Below the pieces are notes generated by a model, which was not told the origin of the DNA, made no database searches, and saw only the letters and a program-made list of their open reading frames with translations. A DNA stretch of 7,760 bases. Source: Candidatus Auribacterota bacterium. Its GTDB lineage: Bacteria; Auribacterota; UBA6266. Position numbers and translations under genes: made by a program. Of the stretch, positions 6,605 to 7,760 are shown piece by piece (within the stretch, counting starts at the first letter, position 1; each line of letters starts with the position of its first letter). The stretch is taken from NCBI GenBank assembly GCA_023136205.1, contig JAGLRQ010000075.1, forward strand, positions 1 through 7,760, read 5' to 3'.

Positions 6605-7483
6605 TCAACCCCTCTTTAGTCTTTTGACAATTGCATCCCTGTAAACTTTGGATTCCTCGAGAAGTTTTAATAATTCTTTGTCATCTTTTTCCTCAAGGGC
6701 TTTAATAATATTTTCCATCTCACTGATAAATCTTTTTCCTGACGCGATAACCTCTTTGCTGTTATCAAAGAAAATATCAACCCAGAGATTCGGCGGGCTG
6801 GAAGCTATCCTCGTGGTTCCAAGAAAACCACCGGCAACTAAGTTTGAATTCATATTGGTGTTCGTGTCCACGGCTACAGCCCTTACCAGTGCATAAGCCG
6901 CAAGATGAGGCAAATGGCTTATCCTTGCAAGAATTTTATCATGATTAACAGGTTCCAATTCAATAACCTCCATGCCAATCATATTCCAAAATGCTCCGGC
7001 CTTTGTCACCGCTTCAGGGGAAGTCATCGGAGTCGGAGTTAAAATACATACTGCCTTATCAAAAAGATCCTCACGCGCCGCAAATACTCCTCCTTTTTCA
7101 GTTCCCGCCATTGGATGCGAACCCACAAAAAGGGCTTTCTCTTCAAAAACCTTTTCCAGTTTCTCAACTATCTTACCCTTTGTACTACCAACATCTGTAA
7201 CAAGACAACCCTTCGAGAGAAAAGGCGCAAGTTCTATAGCTTTGGGAACAATCGTGCCAACGGGAACAGCCAGGATAAGAACGTCTGCTCCCTTAACCGC
7301 TTCTATACCATTAAGCGTAACGGATGTCGCACCACAAGCCTGCATCACCTCATCAATTGCGCTCTCTCTTCTTACAACAGCAACAACCTCTTCGGCAAAA
7401 CCTTTTTTGAGCAAAGTTTTTCCTATGGAACCTCCTATAAGCCCCATTCCGACAATTACCACTTTTTTAAACTTTTTTTTCAT
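6605..7483 (-). CDS. tyrA: Prephenate dehydrogenase (TyrA family, no C-terminal ACT domain)
   Basis: It has the N-terminal Rossmann motif VVIVGMGLIGGSIG and the conserved VGSHPMAGTE (HPMxG) motif, followed by RISHLPHLAAYAL. Three in-frame starts are possible: TTG 7507 (ORF track), ATG 7495 and ATG 7483. I chose 7483 (MKKKFKKVVIVGMG...) because GGAG lies just upstream and TyrA proteins usually start a few residues before the GxGxxG motif. The start confidence is modest. Confidence 0.85.
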   Translation of the reverse strand: MKKKFKKVVIVGMGLIGGSIGKTLLKKGFAEEVVAVVRRESAIDEVMQACGATSVTLNGIEAVKGADVLILAVPVGTIVPKAIELAPFLSKGCLVTDVGSTKGKIVEKLEKVFEEKALFVGSHPMAGTEKGGVFAAREDLFDKAVCILTPTPMTSPEAVTKAGAFWNMIGMEVIELEPVNHDKILARISHLPHLAAYALVRAVAVDTNTNMNSNLVAGGFLGTTRIASSPPNLWVDIFFDNSKEVIASGKRFISEMENIIKALEEKDDKELLKLLEESKVYRDAIVKRLKRG

Positions 7484-7507
7484 AGTCTCCGCCATTATAC
7501 TGTACAA

Positions 7508-7526
7508 AAATTCGAGTTTCGAATTT
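7508..7526 (-). other. Intercistronic hairpin between aroF stop and tyrA start (8-bp perfect stem, 3-nt loop)
   Basis: AAATTCGA (7508-7515) and TCGAATTT (7519-7526) are perfect reverse complements separated by 3 nt. On the mRNA strand the hairpin is followed by a run of U (UUUUUGU). It occupies most of the gap between the aroF TAA (7533-7535) and the tyrA start candidates. Confidence 0.6.
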
Positions 7527-7532
7527 GCTCAA

Positions 7533-7760
7533 TTACATTTTCTTTCCTGCAGCCTTAACAAATGGTTTAATATTTTCCATAAGGGATTGAAATTCTTTGA
7601 AAATAAGGGATTGAGCGCCGTCAGAAACAGCTTTTTCCGGATATGGATGGACCTCTATCATAAGACCGTCAGCACCTGAGGCAACAGCAGCTTTACTCAT
7701 TGGAAGAATAAGGCTTCTTTTCCCCGTTGCATGACTCGGGTCAATAACAACCGGCAGGTG
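7533..7760 (-). CDS. aroF: 3-deoxy-7-phosphoheptulonate (DAHP) synthase, type I-beta, C-terminal 75 codons (partial; continues beyond the right edge)
   Basis: My translation of the minus strand from 7760 is [75 protein letters not shown], ending in a stop (TAA at 7533-7535). The [11 protein letters not shown]...[20 protein letters not shown] pattern is characteristic of Thermotoga/Bacillus-type DAHP synthases. KDO8P synthases differ at the DPSH segment. The ORF is absent from the track because it has no start codon in the window. Confidence 0.85.
   Translation of the reverse strand, partial: HLPVVIDPSHATGKRSLILPMSKAAVASGADGLMIEVHPYPEKAVSDGAQSLIFKEFQSLMENIKPFVKAAGKKM

Noticed and set aside
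5270-7507. ORF-track N-terminal extensions using TTG starts for cmk (5290), aroA (6608) and tyrA (7507).
   Set aside because: In each case an in-frame ATG a few codons downstream gives an N-terminus matching the family norm (P-loop or Rossmann motif close to the start). For aroA that ATG also has a proper SD (AGAGGGG). The TTG codons are most likely just the first non-stop codons of the open frame.
6972-7679. A 235-aa ORF on the plus strand, antisense to tyrA and running across the tyrA/aroF junction. This is long for AT-rich DNA.
   Set aside because: It lies entirely opposite two well-supported genes in a frame offset by one from the sense codons. In that frame, antisense stops need Y-ending codons followed by TA-/CA- codons, so it is often open. 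The product is low-complexity and Ser/Thr/Pro/Ala-rich with no recognisable motif. There is no SD upstream (the sequence before the ATG is ACCTCC). This is a typical shadow ORF.
1-7760. A search for mobile-element, CRISPR, tRNA, toxin-antitoxin or defence-system signatures.
   Set aside because: I found no direct repeat arrays, no terminal inverted repeats flanking a gene, no tRNA-like T-loop or acceptor structures, no integrase, transposase or nuclease-like ORFs, and no abrupt compositional change by eye. The window reads as core genome.

Overview
All recognisable features in this visibly AT-rich window lie on the minus strand, and almost all are core housekeeping genes. In transcription order (right to left) they are: the 3' end of a type I-beta DAHP synthase (aroF-like), prephenate dehydrogenase (tyrA), a class II-like EPSP synthase (aroA), cytidylate kinase (cmk), 1-acyl-sn-glycerol-3-phosphate acyltransferase (plsC), a small unrecognised ORF with a winged-helix-like core, six-domain ribosomal protein S1 (rpsA), a type 2 (Thermus-like) tyrosyl-tRNA synthetase (tyrS), and then an rRNA operon control region. 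That region holds two tandem sigma70-type promoters, two boxA-like motifs, a perfect palindrome and the first ~55 nt of a 16S rRNA gene that runs off the left edge. The 16S 5' sequence (GAACGAACGCTGGCGGCGTGGATTAGGCA) looks to me like PVC-superphylum-type 16S, but that is a low-confidence recollection, not a search result. I found no CRISPR array, tRNA, transposase, integrase, terminal inverted repeats or defence-like genes. I also do not see a multi-gene novel system. The only coding element I cannot explain is the 144-codon ORF at 3511-3945, which sits between plsC and the rpsA promoter. The remaining findings concern regulatory architecture: rrn promoters abutting the tyrS stop, duplicated boxA-like motifs, a leader palindrome, an intercistronic hairpin and ambiguous start codons. 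Several ORF-track starts are TTG or GTG extensions, and I trimmed them where an in-frame ATG with a better context exists.
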